A DNA stretch of 64,000 nucleotides from Laetmonice hystrix (lineage: Eukaryota). Of the stretch, positions 50,813 to 62,910 are shown piece by piece; position 1 is the stretch's first letter; every line of letters begins with the position of its first letter. The notes under the pieces were generated by a model. That model was not told where the DNA came from, searched no databases, and saw only the letters and a list, made by a program, of their open reading frames with translations. Both the position numbers and the translations under genes were made by a program. The DNA lies in the NCBI GenBank assembly GCA_965235115.1, contig OZ249436.1, forward strand, positions 12,650,001 through 12,714,000, read 5' to 3'.

Positions 50813-53800
50813 CTACAACTTGTCAAGGCGGAATGAGTCCTCTGTGGCTGGGTCAGCAACCATGCTGGGGTCAGTCAGCATCTGTAGGCCATCTAGGTCG
50901 AGTGGATCTAACCCAACCTTCAATGCCTCATCAGATGGAAAAAGTTCAGAGTCAAAACTTTCTGGCATTCCAGCCATTGCATTCCCAAGCTCCTTAGCGA
51001 AATCTTGACGAATCAGTTGATCATCGACTCCTGAAAAATAGAAAAAAATACCATCGTGTTATGGAAAACCATGCTTGGTAAGTTACTCACTATCTAGCTG
51101 TATAACTGATACTCAAATGTAATGAGTGCAAATGCAAGCCTCGGAGACCATAAAAGTGCATGATGTGTCATCCATGGGTAACAGTAATCCTACCTTTCCT
51201 GGACCTGTTTGAAAATTACCTAAGTGACAAGTAATTTAAATGTGAAGAGCTTATACAGGGTTCATACAACTTTAGACTAATATAATTCCAGGACATTTCC
51301 ATGACATTTGCTACATTTTACAGGACATTACTTTAATAAGTTAATTTCGACTTTGTTATTGTCTGTAAATATGTTTTTATTAGATTCTGTTGGAACAAAA
51401 ACACGGATTATACCAGCAGGTCTAATGTTTGGGGATTTTGGGGCATTTTTCCCTTTTTCATTCCCCTCCTAACCCCAGAACTAAAAAATTGAGATTATTT
51501 GAGAAATATTAGCAAGATGGCGTCATTAGTTATAATCTGACAAGCTTTTTCCAGGACATTCTAGCATTATTCCCGGAATAAAGTAGTGTTCTTTCCAGGA
51601 CATTCCAGGCCTAAAAAATGGAAACTGAAAATTCCAGGACTTTCCAGAATTTCCAGGACCCGTGCGAACCCTGTTATAGACTGGACCCAGGTACACCAAC
51701 ATCAACTTCACAAACAAAATTCAATAACGTCTCAAAAGTCATTTCCAGACCAGAAAGAAGAATAAAAATATTACGTATATTTGGGTGCTACAATAAAAGT
51801 ATAATAGTGAACTGTTTTATGGAAATGAAGAAGCGAATTAGTGAAATAAGACTGATCAATCTGAGTTGAATGAAGTGCCATCACTATTTTTGCCATTCAC
51901 TAAAGTGAATACATGTATCTGTGTAATCCTGACAAAAGAAATCAAGATGCAAAAATAAAAATATTCAAATATTCTGTTCTTGTAAAAAAATTAATTAGGT
52001 GTAAATAAATATTAAATGTATAAAGATGCAATAGAACGAGAAATCCTTTAAGCTCACTTGACACCAAATGTTTTAGAGCACAAGTACATTTCTTGATTCA
52101 CTGCATACATCTACTGGTACATAACAACCTATTTTGAGCAGTCTGAATGGAACTGAACATGAGATAAACATTTAGGAATTATTATCAGATACACTTGGAA
52201 GAATAGAGAACCTCCATTCCAGAAAATCTAACTAAACAATGGCTTCGATCACGAGGGGGGGCCTTTTTTCAGAATATTGGCTACATAATTTCGCGTCTTA
52301 CGTGAAACTTTCAGAACTTCTTGCATTCCTCATGCAAAGCAAATAGGTTACAGTTATACATGTATATGGAAAATTACAAGCCATATTCAACTTCAAAGTA
52401 GAACATTAGCACTATTGATTCAATTACCAATATCAAAGGCAATGCAAGGCAACAGCTTTAGACGTCTATCTAATGTTTAAGGCAGTAAAACATTTAACTA
52501 GGGTCATTTCAAATGAGGGACAACTAACCGATAATAGTATTTCTAGTATCACCAACTCTGAACAAGTAAAAAAATCGACTCCCAAAAATATCTTTTACTG
52601 ATGACTATTAAAAATATACTACAAAAAACTCTCATGAAAACAGTCTAGATCGCTGAGCATTTGGCTTAAAACCGATTAAACACAACATGCATTTGAGAGA
52701 TTTATAAAATGACACAGGCATTCGCTGTGGATCTTCGTAATAAACATGCTTCTACACTGAAAGTAGTAAAAGCAGAACAGAAGCTGAGTCAACCAAAGGG
52801 CCAATATGACTCCGATGTGCAAGGTATGACAACCTGCAAACCACACACAGACATAGGTAATCAGGCTATAAAGCATCAAAGACAATGAGTAATGCTGACT
52901 ATCTTCAAAATATGCAAAAATACATGAAACATAGCCAACCATCCGAGATGACCAGATGGAAATTACCATGAGTTAAGTGCAATAACTTGCCTGCATAGCC
53001 TGGTTCCCTGTCTCGTTCAGTCAGTAGGGGGAACCAGTCTAAGCCTGCAAGGAAACGTGAACGTCGTCTGTAGTGTTGGACCCTCTGCTAAAAACTACCC
53101 AAATGCCCACATGCCCTCTGGTGCTGATCACTCATCTACAGGCAGAAAGCCCCCAACCAATGAGTTACTTTTATCTGCTATATCACTGTGTAATCAGGCT
53201 TTTGGATAGTTTACAACCAATGCCAGAATCCCCACATCCTCCCACCTTGGAGGATGACCTCCTTTAATTTATAAGTGTTTTATATGAGAATTTCTCAAAT
53301 TTACACTTAGGTGTTATACACATATAAGTGTCCTTTTCCAATAGTTTTGAGTGACCAGAGCATTAGTAGCCCCACTAAAACATCTGATGGAGTAATTCCT
53401 CCATGACTGCTAACTCACAATGTTATTAACGATGTTAATGCCACAGGGAAATTCCATATATGAAGTTTGCAGCTTTGGGACAATAACGATGAAGCTACCC
53501 TCAACAAAGCGAGAGTGGACCAGTTCCAGGTACATTACAATTTTGTACTGAAGCATTGCTTAAAGATACACAATGACATTCTATACATGAAAAAAAATAA
53601 GCCAGTTCCTACCCATCACTACTATCGTGTGTCTAGGATTGTTTGAGATCATCTGTAGTCTACCTGGTTTTCATTTGAAAATGACAATCGATGAATAACT
53701 ATCATCCTATCATACAATCAGAAAGTCATTTGTTGTGTTTCTTTGCAGATTCTGATTGGGGAATACCCGATGCCTTTACATGTGGCCAAGATTCAGAAGC

Positions 53801-54342
53801 TGCCTTGTTATCGTCAGGCTGACTAAATTCCCATCATGCAGTACACAACTGGTTTTGTGGGAGGGAGAATGTAAACAGAATAAGTTCATTCGTAGCGAGT
53901 GAAATTCTGTTATACCTGGCCAGCTCTGAATTTGTGACTATCACAGGCCAATAGGGACTTAATAAGGTAAAATAATTTCAAGGATGAAAAGGTCTATGCT
54001 TTAGGAAACACCCCTAAGCTTCTAGGAGAAATTACCGGTAGGTTGCATTTGTGTATCTTTAAGCTGGAATTACAGTCACAGCCATGACCCTCTATTCATC
54101 CAGGTACTGGTCAGAGGTATTGCCACTGTGGGTTGAGCTGTCAAACTGTCAGAATAAGGTGGCTTATGATAAAAAGCACCTTAGCAGTCAAATGGGAGGA
54201 CAATTTGAACCTGCATTGATGACTGGTAGGTGAAAAGAAGCATCTTACCTGTGAGTATGATGTCTGGTATCTTACTCCCTGACTGCTGCGCAAGCAACTG
54301 CTGCTCCAATGTTAACTGTGTTGCTGTTGGCGAAAGTGACTG

Positions 54343-54375
<33 letters not shown>

Positions 54376-54409
54376 TGGCTGTTGTTGTTGGGAGCTTGGA
54401 GATTGCTGT

Positions 54410-54441
<32 letters not shown>

Positions 54442-57400
54442 TTGCTGCTGATGCTGTGGGGAGGAGGGCTGTTGTGGTGACGTTGATGGGGGAAAATTGA
54501 AGCGGTTTTGTGCATCAATGAACTCCTGGCTGTCGGTGAGGCTTGCCATGCTAACGGGCGGGTACTGTAGGTCAGGCACAGTCACCATACTGTAGAGGCT
54601 ATTCACAGTGCCGTTTGTGGCAGGCAATGTACCGTCTGGCAGCTAGAAATAAGGATAAGAGTACAATATCATTTACAAAACAACAGACTGCCCATAGAAC
54701 AGTGATGTCCTACTCCTGTAAAAATATGTCATTGGCAAATATCACAAAATTTATGCTTTTTAATCTTTACCAAGCATCACTCACCTGCAAAATCTCAATG
54801 TCATAGTTTATTACATGCCAACATAAATATCAATTCATAGGAGAGTACAAAAAAATATAAATTCCATGGTAAAGTGCCCTTTCTGAGATCTGGTTCCACT
54901 ATACACCTTGTAAGTATTTATGAATGTTTAAGTTAATGATCTTTTAACTGACAATCTTGTCTGAAGCAAGAAAGCCTAATCAACAATTACTACATGAAGT
55001 GAAATACATGTAGTCCAATGCACACTGTTCTAAGTGTAAATGTTGGCCACACTTTTATTACAGTGAACCAACTAAATCTTCATAACATTATCACATTAAT
55101 TAATAGAGCAAGGCAGTAATACATACCATGTTAAATTGCTCAAACTGATGCTGCAATGCATTTGTTTGTTGTTGTTGAATGTAGTATGCGTCCGTGAATC
55201 CTGTGCCACTCATGTTGCTAGGCGACAGGTTGTTGGGAGACTGGGAAGGCGAGTATGAGGGTTGTGAAATTGGCGAGGTTGGCGACTGCGGACAGTTCTC
55301 TGTCTGCCCATTCCGGTACTGTGTCAAATTGGTCCCCTACAACATAACAAAATCAAGCCATTGTATCACTCATTCCCTGCTTGTAAGATCACAAAGAGAA
55401 GTTCTAGTGTTGTACTGTTAATATGGTTTTCATGGGTAACAAAGCTGCAGCTTCTGGTATCTGGAATGGGGAACATCTTCTCCATATATAACAAGTAAAA
55501 CAACTAGACCTGTCGTGGTGAAAACCACGATGGATCCCATCCCTTGGGGGGCATGTCCGTATGACGTAGTAAGGTCATTATCACGTTTTTAAATGTTGGT
55601 GTCAATTGAAAGAGCATGTATGACTTCCTATTCGTGTTCAATAGTAACCATGGCTTTATCTCCCACCAGTTAGGAGTTAAAGGCCTTAGAAAATATTGAT
55701 GATGTCATTATTACGTCATACGTCACACTATGTCATCAAACTTGGCTTCGAATAAAATGGCATATGACTTCCTGTTTGTGTTCAATAGTAATTATGGTCC
55801 TATCTTGCACCATTCTTGAATTATAGGCCAAAGAAGACACCAATGACGTCATTATGACGTCATACGTCACGCTATCTTATAAATGTTGGTGTCAATTAAA
55901 AGAGCATGTGTGACTTCTTATTCATGTTCAATAGTAACCATGGCTCTATCTTCAACCGTTCTTGAGTTATAGGCCGTAGAAGATACAATGACGTAATTAT
56001 GACGTCATATGTTACGCTACATAATAAATGTTGGTGTCAATTGAAAGAGCATGTATGACTTCATATTCATGTCCAATAGTAACCATGGTTTTATCTCCCA
56101 CCGTTTAGGAGTTATAGGCCTTAGAAAATATTGATGACGTAATTATGACGTCATACGTCACACTACGTCATCAAACTTGGCTTCAAATAAAAGAGCATAT
56201 GACTTCCTATTTGTGTTCAATAGTAACTATGGTCCTATCTTGCACCGTTCTTGAGTTATAGGCTATAGAAGATACCAATGACGTCATTATGACGTCATAC
56301 GTCACGCTACCTAATAAATGTTGGTGTCAATTGAAAGAGCATGTATGACTTCCTATTCATGTTCAATAGTAACCATGGCTTTATCTCCCACTGTTTAGGA
56401 GTTATAGGCCCTAGAAACTATTGATGACGTCATTGTACGTCATGACGTTACGTCATGTGACGTCATGACTCATTGCCAAATCAGAGTTGGTGACTATCAA
56501 CATGTCCACCAAGTTTGACTTAGATATCTTGAAAAACGAGCGAGATATGACTCCTGGCGTCATTATTACGTCATACGTCACGCTACCTAATAAATGTAGG
56601 TGTCAATAGACCGTTTTCCGTTGCCGGTTGCTATGCTGCCTCGTTTTGAAACTCGGTGCAAGCGCCTAGTTGACGACCCATGTCCGCCATAGTTAACCTA
56701 TGGACAATCACTCGAGAGAGCTAATTTTGAACTGCTCACAAAACCTTGCAAAATAGAATATTTCGAAACTTGGACCGGCCCACGACTACGATCATCCCTC
56801 CAAGAACGCGGTGTGACTATTTCTTGATATAATAAAGCGTCACTGGTAGAGTTATCAAGTTGTGTTTGGGACCTCGAACTGCCGATCGACAGCAGCCTGG
56901 CTGACATACACGGTCCGGCTGACTGGTCTGCCGGGGGTCAAGCGCCGCGGGTGGCCGGGGCGCTTGTTTAGGTGCAAGGCCAAGGGGTAGCCGTTCACCA
57001 GGAGCTTTTCGTTTGCGGCATGCCATCATGACCAAAACAAATTATTAGTTTATTATTTTAAAATGTATTTTTATTGAGGCAGGAACCAGCTGTTGATTTC
57101 TCAATTTTAGGTATAGGCCTATTCGTCAGTAGCCTAATTTTTTTTACATTTAAGGGGAGATATTTTACATACATATATTAGCCTATATACGGGTAAAAAT
57201 CAATTTTACATAGCATATAGGCAGAATGTTACATACTGGGAGAACGAAGATTTTTTACATACGGGCAGAATTTTTACACATTGCGGGAGATTTAGACGGG
57301 CAAATATTTTTAGGGCCTATTACGATAGTTTTACACATGTAGGCTATGAGGGGAATTTTACATAGGGTAGAGATCTACGGGTTGTATAGCCCTCCTCTCT

Positions 57401-60400
57401 GTCGCACGGGTCCGGGGAAGGTAAAAAAAACCTGACATCATCCATGGATGGCCTTGATTTACTGTTTCCTGCCCCATATTTACTGTGACTTGCACATGTT
57501 CCATACCAACAGTGCTTGTTAGCTGGCATTAATGGTCAGTATTGAAATGTTTTCGACTGTCAGGTGTCTCGATGTTGCTAATATCGCTCAAGTCAAAGTT
57601 CCGACCGTTCAACTTCACACCACGATTAAAACTTATTTCTGCCTGTTACCGAGATTCCAACTGACTGTATCGTATCACCCCCATTGTTTTATTAATCTGG
57701 CCACCCCGAACTGCTCATATTGACACGGAGAAACTCAAAATCCCAGATTTGCTCAACACCCCTTTCTTCGTTGTTCGCTATTGCCTAAGCGCTAGCAACG
57801 CGGTGCGCTTGCACCGACTTTGGCGTCGCTAGGGAGCTTGTAGGTGGCGCTAGTAGTAGTTCGGAAAATGGTCTATTGAAAGAGCATGTATGACTTCCTA
57901 TTCATGTCCAATAGTAACCATGGTTTTATCTCCCACCGTTTAGGAGTTATAGGCCTTAGAAAATATTTATGACGTCATACGTCACGCTACGTCATCAAAC
58001 TTGGCTTCAATTGAAAGAGCATGTATGACTTCCTATTCGTGTTCCATGGTAACTATGGTCCTATCTTGCACTGTTTTCGACTTATAGGCCATAGAAGATA
58101 GCAATGACGTCATTATGACGTCATACGTCACGCTACCTAATAAATGTTGGTGTCAATTGAAAGAGCATGTATGACTTCCTATTCATGTTCAATAGTAACC
58201 ATGCCTTTATCTCCCAACGTTTAGGAGTTATAGGCCTTCGAAAACATTGATGACGTCATTATGACGTCATACGTCACGCTACGTCATCAAACTTGGCGTC
58301 AACGGAAACGCTACGTCATCAAACTTGGCGTCAACGGAAAGGGCATGCATGACTTCCTATTCGTGTTCAATAGTAACTATGGCCCTTTCTGGCACCGTTT
58401 ATGAGTTATAGCCATGAATAGCCAAATTGACCACTGTTCAAAATTTTGAAGTCACGTGACTCAGCGAATATAGGTCAAATCAATTGTACCGAGCCGGATT
58501 CCTTTGAAACTCTCCTCAGAGATTATCCCTGTGCAATTTCATAAAATTTTAATGAAAATTGAGGAAGAAGTAGGGATTTAAGCATTTTCTGACCTTTGAC
58601 CTAGTTTTATGACATGTCTAAGGTCAAAGGTCAAAATATTTCCAAAATATGAATTAGGTCCTTGCCCAATTCTAACAGTGTCATTAGTTCTTGGAAAATC
58701 TCCATATTGACTTTGAAAACCGTCCAAATAATCACAACACGAATGACCTCATGACGTCATGACGTTACGTCATGTGACGTCATGACTCATTGTCAGATCA
58801 GAGTTGGTGACTATCAACCTACTCACTAAGTTTGACTTAGATATCTTGAAAAACAACTGAGTTATGACCGAGTTATGACCCCTGTTAACAAATTGTTTAC
58901 TACTACTACTACTACTACTACTACTACGCAAATAATAATAATACGGAAACCGAAACCAGACAATTTCTAGATCCCATCCCCTGGATAGGGGATGGGATAA
59001 TTACAGGACTGGCTGTAATGACATCACATCATTTCATATAACATGCACATAATGTCTTTAAGAAACATAGGACAGCTCTTATGGCTTAAAGATTTGATTG
59101 ATAAACCATAACACGATGATTTACTTTATGAAAACAGTGCCTAGGTATAAATATACCTGATCATTCTAAGATCTCTGTAAATGCGATGGTTATCATGTGC
59201 AAGTTCAGGCCTCGAATTAGAAGTTGAAAGGGGCACAGCTAAAACTGCCGTCGGTACATAAGAATCAACGTCAGATTTTTCCAGGGCACGGCAGCAAATT
59301 TACGATACATGGAAAAGGCACGATAGCAAATGCCATCGATGCCGTCGTGTAATTCAAGGCCTGCAAGTTTGCAACTGCAAAACATAACTCTAATAATTTT
59401 ACCACCTGCCCCGGCACAGAATAGATACTTTGGTCCTTGAATTCATCTAGGATTCTGCTTACCTGGGAATTTGTCATCTGACTATTTACATTAGGCTGAA
59501 GCCGATGTTGTGACCCTAAACTGGGTCTGCCTGGACCTCCGTGTCCATGTTGACCATGACTGTGAACATGAGGTGGATATGGTCGGAACTGTTGGTGGTG
59601 TAACCTGGTTTCTGGGTTCAGGCGGTGCTCTGGGGTCAACCGGTGTGAGTCTAAAATGCAGCCCTATTTGGGCAACAATAACATGCACCACACAACATTC
59701 AGAGGCAGCAAAAATAGCAAACAACATCTGCATCTATACACTACCAAAGTCATGGTAACTATCAAAACATAAAGGTACTGTGCCAACATAAAAAAAACAT
59801 TCTACACTAGCTCATCGTACATGTATTTAATGTACTGGAGGCAAAATGATCACAAGTTCCAACACCAAAAACAATGATGGCAATTTTTTTTTCCAAAACC
59901 AATTTATATGTTGTTTATATCCCTTTCCCTACTGTAGCAACAAAATGTTATTTATTAAATTATGTAAGCACGTGGTATGAATTGCCAGGACGCAATTAAC
60001 TATTTCATCAATTTCAAATGACTCTAAAAACAAGCTCGAGCTCTTACACACTGTCCAATTTGTTATGTATATGTACATGATGAACTTCCTTCAATTTAAA
60101 AAAAGAAATGACAGTCAGCAATCGACAGGAAAGGAACCAAATTCATGGAGATACTTTTCCAAGTGACTTGAACAACTTTAATCTATAATTAGTAAATGCA
60201 ACCATTCTCACTAACTGAAATATTGCTTTGTCTGTGTGTGTGTGATTGGGGGGGGGGGGGGGGGGGGCGTAGGGGGATGTTATCAGTTTGCCCTACTTCA
60301 TTGTGCTGATCTAGTTTCACAAAAGAAATACTCTATTCTTTCATCCCTCTGCACGACAAAGACTTCATATTCTTCCTTGTATCAAAAAGAGGGTAAAAGT

Positions 60401-62910
60401 AGATGGTTGAAAATTTAAATTCTTAACTTGTCATCCTAGATCACCAAGTTCTCCTGATAAAGAACTCTCTGACATACACAGTATAAGACCCACAATCCAT
60501 GCAGCATGCATCATCCCCCCACCCCACCAGTTCACTCTTATTTTGGGATAACTGAATTTTAAAGGAATCTTTTTAAAAGAGGCTATTCATAGGAAAATGT
60601 CAAAAGTACTTGGACATTTTCAACAAATTTTGCTTCTCTTTTTGCAATTTACTGTGAGATACATATCAGTGATGGCCGATTCCTAACACCCGACGCCCGG
60701 GGCAAGTTGAGTGCATGGTCGGGCAAGTCCAACAGACCAAAGACAATAACCTGATGGCTAGTGCTCTGACCCAACATAAACTTAGTAACAAGTATAGAGG
60801 GCATGTGGATGTCAGAGCCGGGCAAGTGGAATTTTGTAGTCCACTTGTCCTGTGGCAAGTGATTAATTTGAAAAATCGGCCACCCCTGCATGTACCTTGA
60901 ACAAAATAATATTTGTTATGTATGTAGGCCCTATCCCTTCTCAAAGACCAATAATACCAAAATAACATTATTTTGCCTGTATTACTATTAATTTCCTGGT
61001 AGACATAGCCTGAGGCCTAAAAAATTGGGTAATGAACAAATAGAGAAAAAGACACGAGTACACTAGGTAGTACAACTCAACAAGCAGGTAGGTAAACTAC
61101 TAAAACGACAGACTAGCCAAATAATAAAAGACTACAACACTACTTGATTAGCCACCAACATTTCCGATCGATTTAGATACAACTGTCCGACATTCAGACT
61201 GTATAGATTATGACCATGGCTCTTCATTGAAGACACCTAAATATTCTTTCATCTGTCCAGGTGACAATTTTGATTCTTTAGACTGCACTTGTATCTAGTG
61301 ACCTTTCAATTTTCAACCGGTCCCTAGTTAAAGTACAGTTTTGCCACTAGATGGAGCTGTAAAGCAATCAACTAGCGCCCTCTAGTGGAGCTCACCTGGA
61401 CCACGTTGTGTCCTATCTGTGTGGGACTGCCATGGAGGACGAGTGGGCTTGGTGCACCCGGTGATTGACGACGGCGTTGCCCTGGAGATGTCTGATTGGC
61501 TCTTACCATGTGGTGGGCTGAGGTTGGTGATAGGTTGCCCGGGTTACTGCCTGGCGAGTACTGTTGCTGCTGTTGTTGCTGTTGTTGTTGCTGCTGCTGT
61601 TGCTGCTGCTGTTGCTGTTGCTGGTCCTCTACATCTAGTGGGGTAACCATTGGCGACGGGAAGTGTAGGTTGGTAAGGTCAGGTAGGGACCCCGTGTTGT
61701 TGGAGATTGGCATGCTGTGTACACCGCTCTCTTGTTCAGGTGAAGGGTATATGCTTCAATGATATCAATAAGCAGTGGTCAGCAAATTTTTCAACAGGCT
61801 GTTAATTCAAGATATCAAAAGGCCATGAAACCATTTGAATCAAACATCCAAACACAATCACAGCTATAAGAATATCATTACCATGAAAAATTCAGGGGGG
61901 GGGGGTCTATGTTTCCTAGAGGGGTGCAGGGGTCGACAGACTTTGGGGTGGTAGCTTAAGCGATTAGGGGTAGGCTTTTGGAAAAAATATTACCAGAAAA
62001 CATTTTTCAGGGAGTAACTGCATGAGCCTGCAGGAAACCCTGGTGGTGTATAGGCTCACTAACTTATTAGGTAACATGAGCTATTTACAGAAAGAGATCC
62101 AATACATCTAAAAAAGCAAAGGCTGCATGGATGAGAGAGTCACAGAATATTAGCAAACGGTCCTGGACTCAGTGACAAATTTGTATACAAGTATCACCAG
62201 GTCAACACGACAGAAAATATCAACATGATTTGCACAATTACATGACTTGCACATTTTCATCCTCAAGGAATTATTGTTGGCTATTGTTGAATATATGTTG
62301 GCTGAGGGATGGAATACCTCATGTCTGTCGAATGAGGAGAGTTATGTCTATACAATCTCTCATTATCATTACTATGCATATTGTCATTGTATGGGCGAGA
62401 ACTACTGATCCCATTACGAATGGAATGAACAAACAGCACATTCTCACCCTGATTGGGTAGTCTGCTAGACTGCTATGCAAAAAACATTCCAGGTCATCGT
62501 TCTATTGCACTCTCTATAAGGGGTCCAACTAAAACCTGTCACTGCCCATGTTACTACCTTGAAATCTAATTTATGCCAAACAACCTGCAGTCATAATATC
62601 CTGATGGGGGGAGGGGGCAATGGTCTAAGGCTCTGGCTTGTGGCCAGAGGGTCTCTCACCTCTAAGTTCAAATCCCCGAGGACGTAAAAACCCCAATTCA
62701 CACCCAAAATCATATGCTGTTTCACATGGTGTAATGATGTAGAAATAGTTGGCCACTAGGTGTCTCTTCCACTCCTGGCAACCCTTATTCCATCTTCTTT
62801 ATTTTAGTTTTATAAAAGACTCTCATTATTTAACTCATACGTGCAGAAAAAACGACTTACTTGATGCCTGGGACTTCACAGGATTTGGGCCTTGACTGCA
62901 CCAACTGCTG
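50813..62910 (-). CDS. CRTC1: CREB-regulated transcription coactivator (CRTC/TORC), 3' part; 5' exons probably lie beyond the window end
   Basis: Exons (minus) 62910-62861, 61753-61396, 59663-59463, 55336-55127, 54642-54249, 51030-50813 (TAG); phases consistent. Motifs [54 protein letters not shown] and C-terminal [38 protein letters not shown] are CRTC hallmarks. Likely a single invertebrate co-orthologue of CRTC1-3. Confidence 0.95.
51256..51673. mobile_element. hAT-like MITE with 5-bp TSD in the last CRTC intron
   Basis: CAGGGTTCATAC...GTGCGAACCCTG; TTATA on both flanks; repeated TTCCAGGAC subterminal motifs. Confidence 0.8.
54340..54456 (-). repeat. Coding CAG/CAA repeats (interrupted polyQ) in CRTC
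   Basis: CTG/TTG runs on + translate to [15 protein letters not shown] in the CRTC exon. Confidence 0.9.
55503..59000 (+). mobile_element. Helentron-type non-autonomous element (HINE) with an internal ~145-bp tandem array, in a CRTC intron
   Basis: 5' hairpin TCGTGGT-gaaa-ACCACGA and GATCCCATCCC near 55533; ~10 units anchored at TGACTT 55621, 55765, 55911, 56056, 56200, 56346, 57891, 58026, 58172, 58350; (ACT)n near 58900-58927; perfect 3' stem-loop ATCCCATCCCCT-ggat-AGGGGATGGGAT ending 58998; no TSD seen. Confidence 0.8.
56608..57874. mobile_element. ISL2EU-like (PIF/Harbinger-related) deletion derivative nested in the HINE array
   Basis: TIR AGACCGTTTTCCG...CGGAAAATGGTCT; AT duplicated inside the array motif GTCAATTGAAAG; + 56756-56890 SAP-like remnant; - 57529-57410 THAP-like remnant. 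Confidence 0.8.
59206..59363. mobile_element. hAT-like MITE with 6-bp TSD
   Basis: CAGGCCTCGAATTA...TAATTCAAGGCCTG; CAAGTT at 59200-59205 and 59364-59369. Confidence 0.8.
60667..60888. mobile_element. hAT-like MITE, probable 5-bp TSD
   Basis: CAGTGATGGCCGATT...AATCGGCCACCCCTG; flanks CATAT and CATGT (one mismatch); repeated GGGCAAGT motifs. Confidence 0.75.
61561..61623 (-). repeat. Coding CAG/CAA repeat, 21 Gln in CRTC
   Basis: 63 nt of CTG/TTG triplets on + read as polyQ in the CRTC frame. Confidence 0.9.

Noticed and set aside
53017..53087. Possible alternative last exon of CRTC ([23 protein letters not shown]) lacking the activation domain
   Set aside because: Phase fits, but the pyrimidine tract is weak, there is no homology, and an open frame this short is expected by chance.
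54230..54500. Poly-Cys and poly-Ala/Val ORFs on + (also 61419-61762)
   Set aside because: They are antisense readings of the CRTC polyQ exons.
55600..58420. Regular repeats resembling a CRISPR array
   Set aside because: No unique spacers, whole ~145-bp units repeat, eukaryotic intron context and no cas genes.
62610..62700. tRNA gene
   Set aside because: Only loose A- and B-box-like motifs and no cloverleaf; at most a decayed SINE head.
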